Part shown: piece by piece, positions 34,730 through 48,086 of the stretch
How the letters are laid out: each line of letters opens with the position of its first letter
Position numbering within the stretch: position 1 is the first letter of the stretch
Source: Carcharhinus longimanus
Taxonomy: Eukaryota
Direction: 5' to 3'
NCBI GenBank assembly: GCA_030264375.1
Contig: JASCQW010000109.1
Span: 50,068,307-50,132,306, forward strand
DNA: 64,000 nt
Made by a program: the position numbers and the translations under genes
Notes under the pieces: model-generated
Database searches by the model: none
What the model was told of the DNA's origin: nothing
The model's input: the letters and a program-made list of their open reading frames with translations, nothing else

Positions 34730-35250
34730 TTCTTCCTTGAAGTGGAGCAACACTCAACAATCGCTTGTTCAAAGCTTTCAGCAACATGTTGGAATGCATT
34801 ATTAAGATGATTGGGGAATATGTTCCAGCCATTTCCGTGAAACTTGTGGCGCTAACTTTGGTAGATAATATTTTATTGATGGTGGATTTAAAGTGTGAGT
34901 TCACCACTTCAGCCTGTATACTCCAGGAACATATTGAGAAGTGACAAAGGACATCTTGATCTGTGTGCCCTTCTCTAATGCAAGGCAAATTTTTGATGCA
35001 AGAGACAAGTCCAAACAGTCTGTCCCTAGTGTTCAGAATTCTTTGGTGTGAAATGCAAGAGCTCCCTCTGCCTTGTGCAAAAAGATCCAGGACAAAGACA
35101 TGAAAGCAGTTGAGAAGCAAAGGCCTCTGGCCTTTCAAGTACCATGGAGAGGGGCATGGCAAGTACAGCTCTCTGCCAAAGACATTTGTACCTAAATAGC
35201 TGCTCAAAGGCAGGTAAGAGAGTACTCTGGGCTTAATAAATACAATGACT
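34730..35250 (-). mobile_element. Possible decayed L1/Tx1-type ORF2 C-terminal (zinc-binding) fragment
   Basis: ORF 34719-35207 contains HQRILNTRDRLF...LPC....HTDQDVLCHF..C, reminiscent of the zf-RVT region; weak. Confidence 0.35.
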
Positions 35251-36142
35251 GTCTCAGAGATATACAGTCAGCTGCCACTGGAGTTACACAACTCCATATG
35301 GTGTAAAAAAAAATTCAACAGGATGGGGTAACTGGGTTCAAGCCAGGTCCAGGAGTAAAGTGACAGTGTGTTTATGCCACGTTACTCCATGTTGTTCTGG
35401 AAGAGCTTGAATTTTTGCTGCTCCTTCAGCAAGGTTTCAAACCCAAAGAGTGAGTTTTCTAATGAGTAATCAGCGGCAATCCTCTGGGAGGAAAGTGGGG
35501 CATAAAATTTGTGTCTTTGAGTTACATGGGCTCAGAGGTGATACGTCTGCTAATGGTAATTAGAAACTGGCTACAAAATTGTAATTCCATTTTGAACCAG
35601 CAAATTAATTGTCCACCAAGGCATGCTTGATATGATGAGTCAGTCTGGTAAATGGGAACCAGGTGAAGTAAACCTCTTACTGAAGATTAGGGTCACACTC
35701 ACATTACCCCAAATAGGCAGTTGTCTTGTCTGGCAGGAAGCTTTTCAGTTCTATGTTAGAATGGCAAGTATAATTTTAGCTGATTAAAATTCTGCACTAT
35801 ACCTGTACACACTTGGGAATCCTTAAGATTTCAGTTCTGCCAACCCAGGCCTAAGATGTACAGACATGGGTTAAAAAAAAAAAGGGTGCCTCGACTGGGA
35901 GTATGTGTGCAAAACAGAAACTTGACCATTGTAGATTTATTAGTAGCTGACAATGGTGATAAGTCTCTGTATGTGGTAACAGCTGGCTGACTAAGGGTGT
36001 AATAAAATCAGTAAAGCTCATGTTGGAATGGAGTAGGCAAGTACATGTCCAAGATTCTTTACACAGTGGGTTGAATTCAGCTGCTTCTGGCAGAGATATT
36101 CATACTTCTTGTTCCAATCAGACTGCTCACCTGTTTTGGCAT

Positions 36143-36440
36143 AGGGTGGCACAGTGTTACAGTGGTTAGCACTGTTATTTCACAACGCCAGGGACCTGGG
36201 TTCGATTCCTGGCTTGGATCACTGTCTTGCAGAATCTACATGTTCACCCAGTGCCTGGGTGGGTTTCCTCCGGGCGCTGTAGTTTTCTCCCGCAGTGCGA
36301 AAGATGTGCTGGTTAGATAGATTGGCCATGCTAAAATTCTCCCTTAGTGTACCTGAACAGGCCAGGTGGCAGAGCTTAGCGACAAGGGGATTTTCACAGT
36401 AATTTCATTAAGCTTACTTGTGACACCAATAAATAAACTG
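36143..36440 (+). mobile_element. V-SINE with type B tail
   Basis: Box B ggttcgattcc, V-domain, tail cttacttgtgacaccaataaataaact. Confidence 0.85.
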
Positions 36441-36873
36441 TAAAGCAGCCATTTCAGAGCGAGAATAGCTAAGGCATTAGGAACATATTGTCTGATTGTT
36501 CTCAACTGGGGTGTAATACACTATAAAGGCAGATCTAGAAGTGGGGAACAGTGCAAACGGTGATTTATAACCCACTCTCCCTACCCACACCATCTTTATT
36601 TCACTAGGGACTTAAAGCTTGATAGAACTATGGAAAGAAATTACTTTCACTAGAACACAGCTTCAGTACCATGCTACACATTTTATACTGAGATTTCTTT
36701 TCCTAATAACAACAAAGGTTCTCTTTTTCACAGGAGATACATGCTTAAAAAAAATTCCCAGCACATTATCCATTACGGAGGCAAACAGAACCAGCCAGGG
36801 GCAGTCAGCAAATGACTCAGACGAAACCATACAGCATCACTTCCTGATTAGCAGAAGGAGGAAGCGCGAGTAC

Positions 36874-37075
36874 CTGCTCGATAGCGAATTTCAGCCTGTT
36901 CACATGACTCTCAAAGAGAGGAAAATGAGCAAAGAAGAACTCGTGAAACTTGGTATTCTCTTCCTCATCTTGTGACAGCGAAAATATGATGCCAATAGCA
37001 ATCTTCTTTTTTCGAACGATGGAGGGGTTTGAACTGCAGCTTTCATCGGACATATTAAAGCTCTCCTCAACGGAC
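36874..37075 (-). CDS. FNIP1: FNIP1 exon 10
   Basis: [67 protein letters not shown]; tttcag / gtactc; 202 nt. Confidence 0.96.
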
Positions 37076-38006
37076 CTGAAAATCCAGAGAGCTCAGTGAG
37101 CATTCGAACAAACATTTGAAGTAACATGTGCAGAAAAGCTTCACTGAACATCAACAACTCAAGGTGAAACACGGCTACGTAAAATAACTTAATTTTGCAA
37201 AATCTTTTGTGGCAAAAGGCAGCAAAAGTGCTTTAGGATAGCAGCTGGCACTGTCTTAGTTCTATTCTAGTTAAAATCTTAGCTTTTCTGCTTCACGGAA
37301 TCACACGTTAGCCGGTGTGCAGAGAAGCACAGGAAAATACAGAAGATGTGCAAGCAGAGTCCATAACATCTGGCCCCCAAAAACAAAACAAAAAATCAGC
37401 AATTCTGTCGATGGTCAGCTGCTTTGATCAGGGGTGGTGTACAGAATGTGACAGAGTAGGGAAAAGCAGAAACCATAGGGTGAGGGAGATTTCTCTAAAT
37501 AACCTCCCACTCCCCACCAAGTGTCACAGAATGAAGCTCTGTGACCTGCAGACTGATCAGTAGTACAATCCTACACAGCGTTTTAATTTGTAAACACAAC
37601 GACCCGGATTTTTCAGCTTTGATGCGTTTACTGATCGGGTGAAAGATCACAAGCTGAGAAATACAAAACCCTGACCCACATCAGGGGAAAGGACTTGAGG
37701 TCTCCAATTTTTAATTTACTTGTCCTCAGACAGCTGCAACAGCAGATTCTTTACATGTCAGGCTATCACCTCGAGAGTCATTAAATGATCACTTTACAAT
37801 CTGTGTGTGGCGAGATTCAAACTGGTTGAACCACACCTGTCAGCTGTACTTCCCAATTTCTCTTCCCCCCACACCCTCCAATGAAGCGACTAAAGTTGAA
37901 ACAAAGTATTCATCAGGCAGAGAACGAGAGGAGAAACTCTCAAAGAACCTATACTGCAGCATGGGGTGAAAATATATTGTTTCCATTAGAGATAAATCAG
38001 TGTGAT

Positions 38007-38152
38007 ATCATAGAATCCCTACAGTGCAGGAGGCCACCATTTGGCCCATCAAGCCTGTACTGACAACAATCCCACCGAGGCCCCATCCCCACAATCCCAC
38101 GCATTTACCCTGCTAATCCCCCTGCCACTAAGGGGCAATTTATCATGGCCAA
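38007..38152 (-). mobile_element. HE1 SINE 3' fragment
   Basis: catagaatccctacagtgcagg...aaggggcaattta. Confidence 0.8.
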
Positions 38153-38280
38153 TATGATATGGTGATGGTTTATAAGTTTCAGCGTATTGGATGGTGGACA
38201 GGGCAAGACGTAGAATTGTGTGAAAATGTCACTCAGTACCGGCATATATAAAATGCAAGAAGACTTTTTTTTAGACTTAC

Positions 38281-38416
38281 CATCTGGGGAAAACTCCATT
38301 TTCAAGACTAGTATTCTGACTGCGGCGCCAACGTCGATGATAACTGCTTGCACAACTATTTGGAAGCGAGGAGCTTGGTGAAGGGAATGGAGTGATAAGC
38401 AGGCTGCTCAAGGAGG
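38281..38416 (-). CDS. FNIP1: FNIP1 exon 9
   Basis: (A)[44 protein letters not shown](W); ctacag / gtaagt; 136 nt. Confidence 0.96.
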
Positions 38417-39394
38417 CTGTAGACATCAGAAGGGATTTGTGATTTATCTGACAATTGCTAATGTAACTTAATTAAAAAGGCAGCTCTGGTCCTTTCTAGT
38501 TCATTGTGATACCACCTGCAAAACTAATCACTATTCACTTTTACAGTTACTCCAAAAAGAACGTTCCATTGCCATCTTAGAGACAAGAATTCAAAAACAT
38601 AACCAATGCAGTAATGATGCTTGCTTCAGAATTACAAATTTACTTACAATTGATCTTATTACAAAAAAATCCCAGCAGATTTAGAACAGTCACATTGTCC
38701 TACACAGTCTGAAATGCTGAGCTTTATTTTTGCACAAGGATTTTGACAGTTTATTAGGGCATTTGTGAGCAGATTCCGGATAACACAAGGCACACTTATC
38801 CTCTGATAGCCCATTCACTGCAGCATTGGCAGACACTGGTGATTAGTTTTGTTTGGTTGAAGATGGGTTATCTGCCCAAGGAAATGACCTAGTTACACGG
38901 TTTAATATTAAAGGCTTGGAAACATCAAATTATATTTTAACGGACTCTATATGGGATAGGCATACATTTGCAGCCTTGATACTATATCAAAGGAATTAAA
39001 AATTGTGTAGAATTTTTAAAAAGATAACATTTGAGCCAAATACTTGGAGACTCAAAAAGCTTTCTGCATTTTATAGGGAACCATTAAAGTTAATTTCTGC
39101 TAGATTATAGTTATGATAAATTAGGACCACAGATTTCCCATGTTGGGAAGTAAGGATGATGATGTCTGGAACTCATGCGTTCAACAGAATGCATCGTACT
39201 CATGGGACGTTTTTAGTAACAGTTGCTCAAAGTATATTTACTAGAATTTATATTTTCCTTACAAAAATTAAATTGTGACAAGTGCTTTGAGAGATTTCAA
39301 TGTAACGAGGAGTTATGTGAAAGCAATTACAAAAACCATACACCCTTGCTTCAGGTTAACAAGCGCAAGTTGAAGCAATGCATTCAATTCTCAC

Positions 39395-39466
39395 CAGATC
39401 GTGTTATTCCGCTGTCTCTGTCTTCATTGATTCCTCGACTGGGCATGTCCATTGGGGTGCTGTGAA
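39395..39466 (-). CDS. FNIP1: FNIP1 exon 8
   Basis: (V)[23 protein letters not shown]; ttgtag / gtgaga; 72 nt. Confidence 0.95.
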
Positions 39467-40199
39467 CTACAAATATGAGGAATGTGTGAGAATTTGCTCT
39501 CTAAACAGGTTAACCACATCATGATGCAAGTAAAATCAACTTGTGGAACAGGATAAGCTACTAACTATCAGACAATCACATGGTGCAAAGCAGCATACAT
39601 GCTGGTTTCACTACAAAGGAACATGTGCGTGAACATGCAATTTATTAGCCAACAACAACAGAATTTATAATATTACTAACATACCACCACCAGAATCAAA
39701 ACAAGAGTTGCACTGAATCAAGCTCAGTTTTTTTGATGATTTGCAATGATAGAGTTGATATAATGTCATTTTGCAAATTAACAGACCAATTATGCTTTTG
39801 GTTGCAAGCAATTTGTAAAGCATAAAAGAAAATTCAATGATGAATTGTGCTAACTCCAAGGTTGAAGTACGATCTTCTCTGCTGGATTCCCCACATTAAT
39901 TAACAATTAAAGGCCCAAATTTTATTGGCACGCCTGCCTGATTCAGGGCAGCTGAGGCTTGGAGAACTGCATTCTCCATTGGCCTTGGGGCCGGATCATT
40001 CAAACCCCGGCGGACGTGTAAAATTCAGCCCAAAATCTCCCACAGCAGAAAACAACTCCGAATAACTAGTCTTCTGCCAAATAATTGCAACAAATTAACT
40101 TGTGTTTTCTACTCATTAATTGAAGGCAAGAAGCATTTTTGCTTCCCCTATTCTACCCAAAGACAAGTTAGCTAGCTTGCTTATGGCTAGAATACGGGA

Positions 40200-40505
40200 A
40201 TAAATGGTGACAATCTTAATGTACTGGACTAGAAATGCTAATGTCCTAAGGGGCATAGGTTAGTTTAAGTTAATTCATAAATCTGGAATATAATCCCAGG
40301 AACAGTGAACATGCCAACCATTGTTGATTAATATAGAAACCCATCTGGTTCACTAGCATTCTTTCTTGGTCTGGCCTACATGCAACAGTAATGTGGTTGG
40401 CTCTTGAATGCCGTCTTAAATGACCAAACAAGCCACTTAGATCAAAGGCAATTAAGGATGGGCAACAAATGGTTGCTTTGCCAGTGATATCCACATCCCA
40501 TGCAA
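40200..40505 (+). mobile_element. tRNA-derived SINE (same family as 60271), decayed
   Basis: cccatctggttcacta...ggtctggcctacatg...aaggcaattaaggatgggcaacaaat...ccacatccc. Confidence 0.75.
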
Positions 40506-40520
40506 GAAGAAAAAAAAACA

Positions 40521-41130
40521 CACCTCGGAAAAGCAGCCTTTGGCCGACTCACGAAGCATGCACAAAATAACATTAGGCGCACTCCGAGGACCAAACTGTG
40601 GGTTTATGAGGCCTCTGTTCTCAGTACCTTGCTGTATGGTTATGAAAAATGGACAATTTACAGATGTGTAGAAAGGAAGCTCAATAACTTCCATCATCGC
40701 AGTTTGTAATGCATTCTAGAAGGAGAAAAATCACAAATGCTGCACAAAAGGCAAATCTCCCAAAAACGTTCACACTCATCAAGCAGAGGGGACTTCGCTG
40801 GTTCAAGCACTTCTGCAGGATGGAAGATGGTTGCATAATGATGCATTTTCTGAGGTAGGTAGAGCCAGATGGCACGTAGAACACCCAAAATATTGCTTCA
40901 AGGATGCTGGCCAAAGTGAGATGAAAGTTCTAAATATGGATTTTTGTACCTGGGATACACTAGTTGATAACGGAGGAAAATTATGACAGGACTGTGGGCT
41001 GGCATGTGCCAGCAACAGGCATGAACATCGAAGAGAACAATTTGATAACTGCTTCACATGTGCACTTCTGGGAGAACCTGTCCCACAGCTTGGTCTCTTC
41101 AGCCATCAGTAAAACTGCATCATCTGAAGC
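40521..41130 (+). mobile_element. RTE-clade LINE 3' fragment
   Basis: Peptide GKAAFGRLTK...TKLWVYEASVLSTLLYGYEKWTIYRCVERKLNNFHHRSL, typical of the RTE RT C-terminal region. Confidence 0.8.
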
Positions 41131-42087
41131 TAGCCCATCCTTAATGGATTTGCTCCCCATCCATCACAATACATAGATAGAAAGATTCCATTGACCTATA
41201 TACATCCAACACACACAGACACAATCTGATAACTGGTGGCAGGATCTTCAAAAAAAATCATTCACTGCATTGTGTAATATACATAAACACAGCAACTGCA
41301 TTTTCTTTTGAAAATGAGCCACAGGATCAAAGATTTAAACCTAATTTGTAATTAGGCATAAGTCCTTCAAATGTGCTTTTTACATCCAAACTAAATATAT
41401 GTGACAATTAAAGANNNNNNAATGATTTGCGTGCACTGCAGTATCAAATGAATACTGTTTTTCTTTGGGTCAATAGTAATGTGCTACATGTGAGATTTCA
41501 GATACGTCACTAAAGGAAGATGGTGGTCAGAGAAAAAAAATGTTCACCACCGAGGTTGGGGAGGAACAGGAAGTTTGATTTCAAACAGCGAGTTACTCTG
41601 AACATGCTAAAAGGTAACCCCAAAGAGCACTGGGCAAATCATGTGAACAGATTAGGACGTCAGCAACAAATGTGTGACATCCAAAAGGTCAAGTTGAATA
41701 ATTATTTCCATCTAACTATATTTTGTAATTACATATTCAAATACTTGGATTATGAATATGAAATTGAATTGTCATTTTTCCAGCTTAAATATCTTGTGTT
41801 TAAAATATTTCTCTCCTCTTTTGAGCCTAATATTATTACGACAAAGCGAGTACCCAAGGCTTCTGACATCGCTACTTAAAACACCATGGGAAAGTTTATC
41901 CCCAACTTCTGCTAAATATCTAATCTCGCTGCAAAATCTATTACTCTGGCAGGATCAAAGCAGTTTTATTGCCATAAAGAGCATTGTGCACTGCAATGCT
42001 GATATCCATGGTAATCAAGAACAGTAAACAATTCTACTAGGTTCTAAACAGAGGCGCAATTTTTATTCATAAGCAGCCTCTTAATAC

Positions 42088-42267
42088 TAGGTTAAAGTCC
42101 AACAGGTTTATTTGGTATCACGAGTTTTGGGAGTGCTGAGAACTCACTTGATGAAGAAGCAGCGCTCTGAAAGCTCATATCACCAAATAAAGCTGTTGGA
42201 CTTTAACCTGATGTTGTGAGACTTCTTACTGTGCCCACCCCAGTCCAATGCCGGCATCTCCACATCA
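42088..42267. mobile_element. Older family A palindromic element (gap-free)
   Basis: Arm ggttaaagtccaacaggtttatttggt inverted to accaaataaagctgttggactttaacc; core tTGATGA..GAAAgctc at 42148-42176. Confidence 0.8.
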
Positions 42268-43489
42268 AATTTTTATCAATTGCACTTTGAATTTTCCAAT
42301 TGCAGCAGCCTGCCCTTGGTTCTTCCTTTCCCAGTAAGTTAAGAGAACTATGCATTTGTGCTTGAAAAAGGAGTGCAGCAACACCGATCAGTCTCCTGCC
42401 CTGTATTTTTTCTATCACTACCAATTTTTCTTCCAACTTTCTTGCCTTTAAGGTACAGATTCTTAATGGGTGCATAGTTCCATGGGAGTTTCGTCCAAGT
42501 GGCTTCATGTGCAAACTCAAGGCAGTTTGTGGCAGAAGACTGTTCAGCCTTTAAAGATAACTAGCCAAATTTAACTTAATCTCATTAGCCACCTACATGG
42601 CTTTTTTATTTCAAAAGCAGAAATTATGAGATATTACCCCCAAAGATAATGAGTTAGTCTCAAAGTCACAACTTTGAACGCGAAACATATCTTGGATGAC
42701 AACGGTCAACTGCCACAAGGCTAAGACATAATTAAATTCCAGTCTCCATGGTCGCTCATTGTGCTCTTTTCTCGTTCAAACAAAAGATTAGCAACCTGCT
42801 CATTGCTGATGGCATGAACTGATCAGTACAGCACACCCTTTTGCACAATAACTTGCCCTAAAAAAACCTTGAAGTCAGAATGAGTTGGGCCAAGGCTTGC
42901 TGTTCAAGATGCCATGAAGCAGCCTGCCATTACTCAGTGTCAGGAAAAGCACAGCCTCAAGAAGAGTAGTGTGTCTATAAAACCACCAGATAATTATCTG
43001 AAATATTCTGAAAATTCTAGCAATCACCCTGAAGAAGTGTCAACTTTTCTGACATTTGAGATCTGGTGAATGAAAGACTTTACAAATAGATAAACACTTG
43101 AATAATATTTACAATCAAGTCTGTATTTGTTTCCAAACATTGGATTTGAATGAGAAAGAATAACCAGCACATGCAAATATTTCCTGCAGGCATCTTACAA
43201 TTATTTCTACGACCCATTTCATGCATGTGGAAATGAGGTTTGCACAAAACCCATCAAATCACAAGGCAGTTAGGAGGATGTCTGCAGTTTCATGTGGTGC
43301 CACGTTAGACCTCCAAACACCAAGATTATCACCAGCTGGGAATCTCAGTCTCATGTCAATCAGCATTAGTGCTTTGCCAGGTCTTAAGCTGCTTCACAAC
43401 GAGGATTGTACAAGGAGTACTGAGCTGTGTCAAAGGAAAGATAAAGGGACAAGAATTATGGAATTACCCGCCAGCCTATTAAAATTCAG

Positions 43490-43900
43490 GTTGTATCAAT
43501 TAGATGACACCAAACTGGGTGTATAACCAACACTGAGGAAGAATGCAGCATAATACAAGAGGACATTGGAAAACTTGCAGGCTGAACAGTTTACAAAATT
43601 AACAAATAAATATGAGATTTTATTTCTGTGTCTCCTACCAGGATGCATCATTTATACCTCTGATAAATTGAATGGGGTAGAACAGCAAAGAATCGAGGTG
43701 AACAACTCATTGAAAGTAGCATCGCAGGTCAAAGTAATTAAAAACAATAAATCAGCATTGGCATTTACTTCTCAGGACATAGAACTTAAAACAGTGAAGA
43801 TGTGTTAAGTTTATGCAGGACCCAAGTCAGGTCAGACATAGTTCTGGTCTCCATATTGCAGACAGAATCATGGAGAAAGCTCGAAGTAAAGACAACAGCA
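43490..43900 (+). mobile_element. Highly decayed CR1 RT fragment
   Basis: gatgacaccaaactggg, actcattgaaagtagcatcgcaggt, gttctggtctccatat. Confidence 0.5.
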
Positions 43901-44523
43901 CTAGAACAGAGATTATGGCTGGACTTCTCACCCGCGGCTGGGACCCTCTAGTCCCACTGCAGTGAGTGAAGTTTTGGCGGCAGGTCGAATAAGATCAGAG
44001 AATACTGACTTATAGCTTTCCGGATAATTAGATCAGGTCGGAGGGTTTTCTTGAGGAAAAACTCTGTACAGGAGACTGGAAAAAGGTGTTTATAATCATG
44101 AATGGGTTGATAGCTAAATGTGGACAGAATAATGGTTCCGTGCAGAAATGGAGTGTGCTGGTGGCTGGGGGACTTAGCGTGAAACAACGTGGGCTGGGAT
44201 ACAGAGATGGAAGGGGAGGGGGAGACTCAGGAGGCCCAGTATGGTAGGAAGACGAGGGAGATGCAGTCAAATAGATATTTTTATTCCACAGAATCAATAC
44301 AACTCCAGGGCAATTAATAAGCTCTTAGCATCCTGACTCCTACCATCACCTTTTGGGAATAATCAAATGGATGATGAACTGCCCTTTTTTTTTGGAACCT
44401 GCCAAACATTTTTGTTTTGTCAACTTGCAAAAAGTAGGAACCTCATTTCCACAGCTGAAGGTAGCGTGCATGCTCAGCTAATGCATCCTGACAGAGTCCC
44501 GAACCTAGAGACACTATGCAAAC

Positions 44524-44613
44524 CTGCAAAGAAAGAAGCGCTCCGGATCAGACGGAGCGGTGCTGGCTCAGAAACACCAGGTGCCCGCCTAGGGCTGCAA
44601 AGCTGCGACAAAC
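44524..44613 (-). CDS. FNIP1: FNIP1 exon 7 (symmetric phase 1-1, probable cassette exon with AMPK sites)
   Basis: (G)[29 protein letters not shown]; ccatag / gtttgc; 90 nt. Confidence 0.92.
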
Positions 44614-46829
44614 CTATGGAGCAAAATTGTAACAAAAATAGAAACAAAAAACAACAAACATGAGATTAGTAAAGCCATCAAACATAAGAAGTTAGAAGAC
44701 CACACGGATTTAAAACAAAAAATCAAACAAAGAGTTAAAAGGACATCAGAATAGAATTGTACCTGCGTCAAAATTTACTTTCGCACTCACTCACTTCCTC
44801 CCCTCACTTCCCTGTGCCTTTCAAATTACTGGTTTGAAAAGGAAATAGGCCTAAAACGAATGAACTTTCATTCGTATCTAAACAGAATACCCATCCGTGT
44901 CAGAAAAATTAATATTGGAGAATTAAAATTCACCAGGTTCAAATAAAAATGTACAGATTTTGAGGTTCCTTTAAAAACATGGACTAAAGACAAATATTAT
45001 GAGAAAAAGATGCATCATAATTTTATGCTGAAAACAGACTCAATGGTTACAATGAAAAATGTATTTCATTATGGCTTGGGAATTAGGAAGGATTGTTTCC
45101 ATTGAATATAAAATTGCAAACAAAAATATGAAGTACAAGAATAGCCCCTCCCCATCTCCATCTCTGCCCACAAGGTTGGAAGTCATGTCATTTAGTTCTG
45201 ACTGGAAGCTACATTGTTCTCCCCGCCACACATCAGCTTGGGAAAAATGCAAATCACAAAAGTTCAGGCAGATCAAGCTAGAAATCTATGCACCTGACTA
45301 AAAGCTGGCATATAAAACCAAAGCTGTTTTTCATAATAACCTGTATTACTCGTAACTCAAAAGTTTTCCAGTCTTTTCATGGTATTTCTAATAATAATGG
45401 AGTACTGTCATCAACCAGAAATTTGGAATGAAAAGTTTAAAACACAGTGACAAAAACAAAAGCAATATTCAAGTTACTGCTCCAAGTATAATTGAATCCA
45501 TGTGGAATAATGCATTTTCACATCTTCAATACCTCCAGCTACAACATGAGAAAATACACACACCATTGATTGCATTTATCTAGATCCTAGTTTGTACTCT
45601 GCCCTTCAATTTTTAAAAATTAAATTAGTACCTGTTCTCATTTCATATTAAATTTCAATGTCAAGGTGTCACAACACCCTGAAGGACAAATGCATGACAC
45701 TGACATCAGTTAATCTGAAAGCTTGCACACTTGTCTTCTTAACCCTGCTCACTCCAACATGGATATGGAGAAATAGGAAATCAAAGGGGCATTCATCCTT
45801 GGGCTATTTTCTCTCAAGTACCCGTGGCAGGTTCAGAGTGACACAAAGGCCTGGAGAATGTAATTTATTTATCATGCTAACCATAACGCTGATGGAGGGG
45901 CAAAAAAAAAGATTCTCTTTTGAAAAATCAGATGCACAGGCAGCCTGACATTGAATCTCAGAAACTTTCCGCACACAACTTCCTATGCAGTTCACCTTGT
46001 CTGTACTGGCTATTTGTAACACGTACACTACTCACACAACGGTCAGTTACAAATAAATGTGCAATATCTCAGATTGACAAACCTCATCTCTAAAAGAAGC
46101 AGAGGGCTAAGCAAACCCTCACAGGAAAACTAAAGACTTCATCATAGTGAGCCACTAAATTTAAGTGTGGGTTGGCAGCAGCTAAGGTCTACGGACTCAC
46201 TCTCTTTTTGTATAGAGATGTTGTTAAGAGGTTAACAAACTAAAACTATACAGTTTACCAGAATAAAGCCATAGCCAAGCTAGGATTAACTTACAACACA
46301 AGTAATAAAGTTTGTACCAGTAGGGCACTGACCTCTAACCTTATCTGAGGGGGAAGGTTTACATCCAGTGACAGATCCACCTCACCAAATTCTAATAGTA
46401 AATTGTCTGGTCAGTCAACAGTCCCCAGGAACATTAAGGACCTGTCTGGTTCAGGTATTAGATTGAACTGATTCTATTCTACTATTATAATGCAAGTCAT
46501 TTTAAAGCAAATGAGCCCATTCACTTGCACACTCCCAGGAGGCTGTAATGGATACCAGTCATTAAATAGAAAAGAATGGGATTCAGCACCTGCAAAGCAG
46601 ATAATAGCCATCAAGAACTGTTTCGGAGCAGATTAACAAGCAGAATCTCAAAGTGCTTCGTATATGACTGACTAAACAGTAATTCCATCAGTTAATGAAG
46701 CAGAATTTGGAATAGCTGATGGTCATTCTGTCCTTAAATAGATCATTGGCACAGACTTCTATCATCCAGGTCATATCACCCAATAGAATGCTCTCAACAG
46801 CTATGATGCGTGCCATCAAAATGTGCCAA

Positions 46830-47140
46830 TATAATGGAATTCTCCTAAAGAATTTCCAAGTGTTTCTCCCAGTGGGAAGACTTGTGAGATTCCCACTCGG
46901 AGGGCTGGTGCATTTCACACGCACTTACAAACATTTTTGGAGCCTTAGGAGATTCTCGGTCCCATATTTCAGTATTTTTGAAATGCGGGCATAACGCTTT
47001 CAGTAAGGCAAGCTCCTTGGAGACCCGGGCACCATTTTTAAAGGGGCATCTGATCTCCAGACCACCTCATACCTCCCCACTCCCCCATTCGACTAAACAC
47101 ACTAGGGTTTCTACCCTCTCCCCGTGATTCTCCGGCCCCA
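46830..47140. repeat. GC-rich non-autonomous DNA-transposon/MITE-like remnant
   Basis: GC-enriched block with internal inverted segments (gaattctcctaaag / ccttaggagattctc); family not identified. Confidence 0.35.
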
Positions 47141-47147
47141 AAATTAA

Positions 47148-47430
47148 AAGCAAGTTTATTTATTGGTCACAAGTAAGGCTTACATTTACACCGCAATTAA
47201 GTTACTATGAAAATGCCCTAGTCACCACACTCCAGTGCCAATTCCAGTCAATGCACCTAACCAGCACATCTTTCAGGCTGTGGGAGGAAACCAGAGCACC
47301 CAGAGGAAACCCACACAGACACGGGGAGAATGTGCAAACTCTACACAGACAGCGACCCAAGCCAGGAATCGAACCCGAGTCCCTGGCACCATGAGGCAGC
47401 AGTGCTAATCACTGTGCCATCATGCCGCCT
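47148..47430 (-). mobile_element. V-SINE with type B tail
   Basis: aagtttatttattggtcacaagtaaggcttaca..., V-domain and head in reverse orientation. Confidence 0.85.
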
Positions 47431-47591
47431 CATATAGTAGTATTGTACAAGCTTACTGGTTGCCAACTGCCTAGTTGAGGTCCCCAGTTAAACAGCATTA
47501 TTAGTTACAACTGTGATCTTGACACCCTCAAGTGAAAAGTTCTGAATGTCAAAATTTACATACGTCAAAACCAAGTCATAATGGAACATAC

Positions 47592-47680
47592 CTATAAGAC
47601 TGTTCATCAAAACATTTTGATCTGAGTAAGGTTTTGATGCAGTAGGGTCCTGATTAATAAATTCCAGGCTGTCTTGCAAC
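47592..47680 (-). CDS. FNIP1: FNIP1 exon 6
   Basis: LQDSLEFINQDPTASKPYSDQNVLMNSLI(G); ttttaag / gtatgt; 89 nt. Confidence 0.93.
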
Positions 47681-48086
47681 CTTAAAAAAAAATTAAAAGT
47701 GCACACATGAATTTTCACCAAAGGACATCAACAAAGTTACCTGAAATTAAGCACAAAATGATGGTCATGTATTGTTCCATACTGCTCAGTTGAAAAAGTA
47801 ACATCCTTCTGAATTGTTCCTCACTTAAAGGCTAAAGGGAAATGGCACTATAACGTTTCAATTTTTCTTAAATTTTGCTTTGAAGTTGTTGCCTACAGTC
47901 GATATGGGAGGAAGCAGTATGGTTGCATCTTTCCCTTTAACTTTATCATAATGTGCCATCTATGAAATAAAGGAAGATTCCTACACAACATTACTGCTTC
48001 TAACAAGGAACACGAGACGTTAGAGTATGTCGTAAACTTATAAATCATGGTCTTTGTTCATCAATGTCGCAACAAGTATGAAACAC

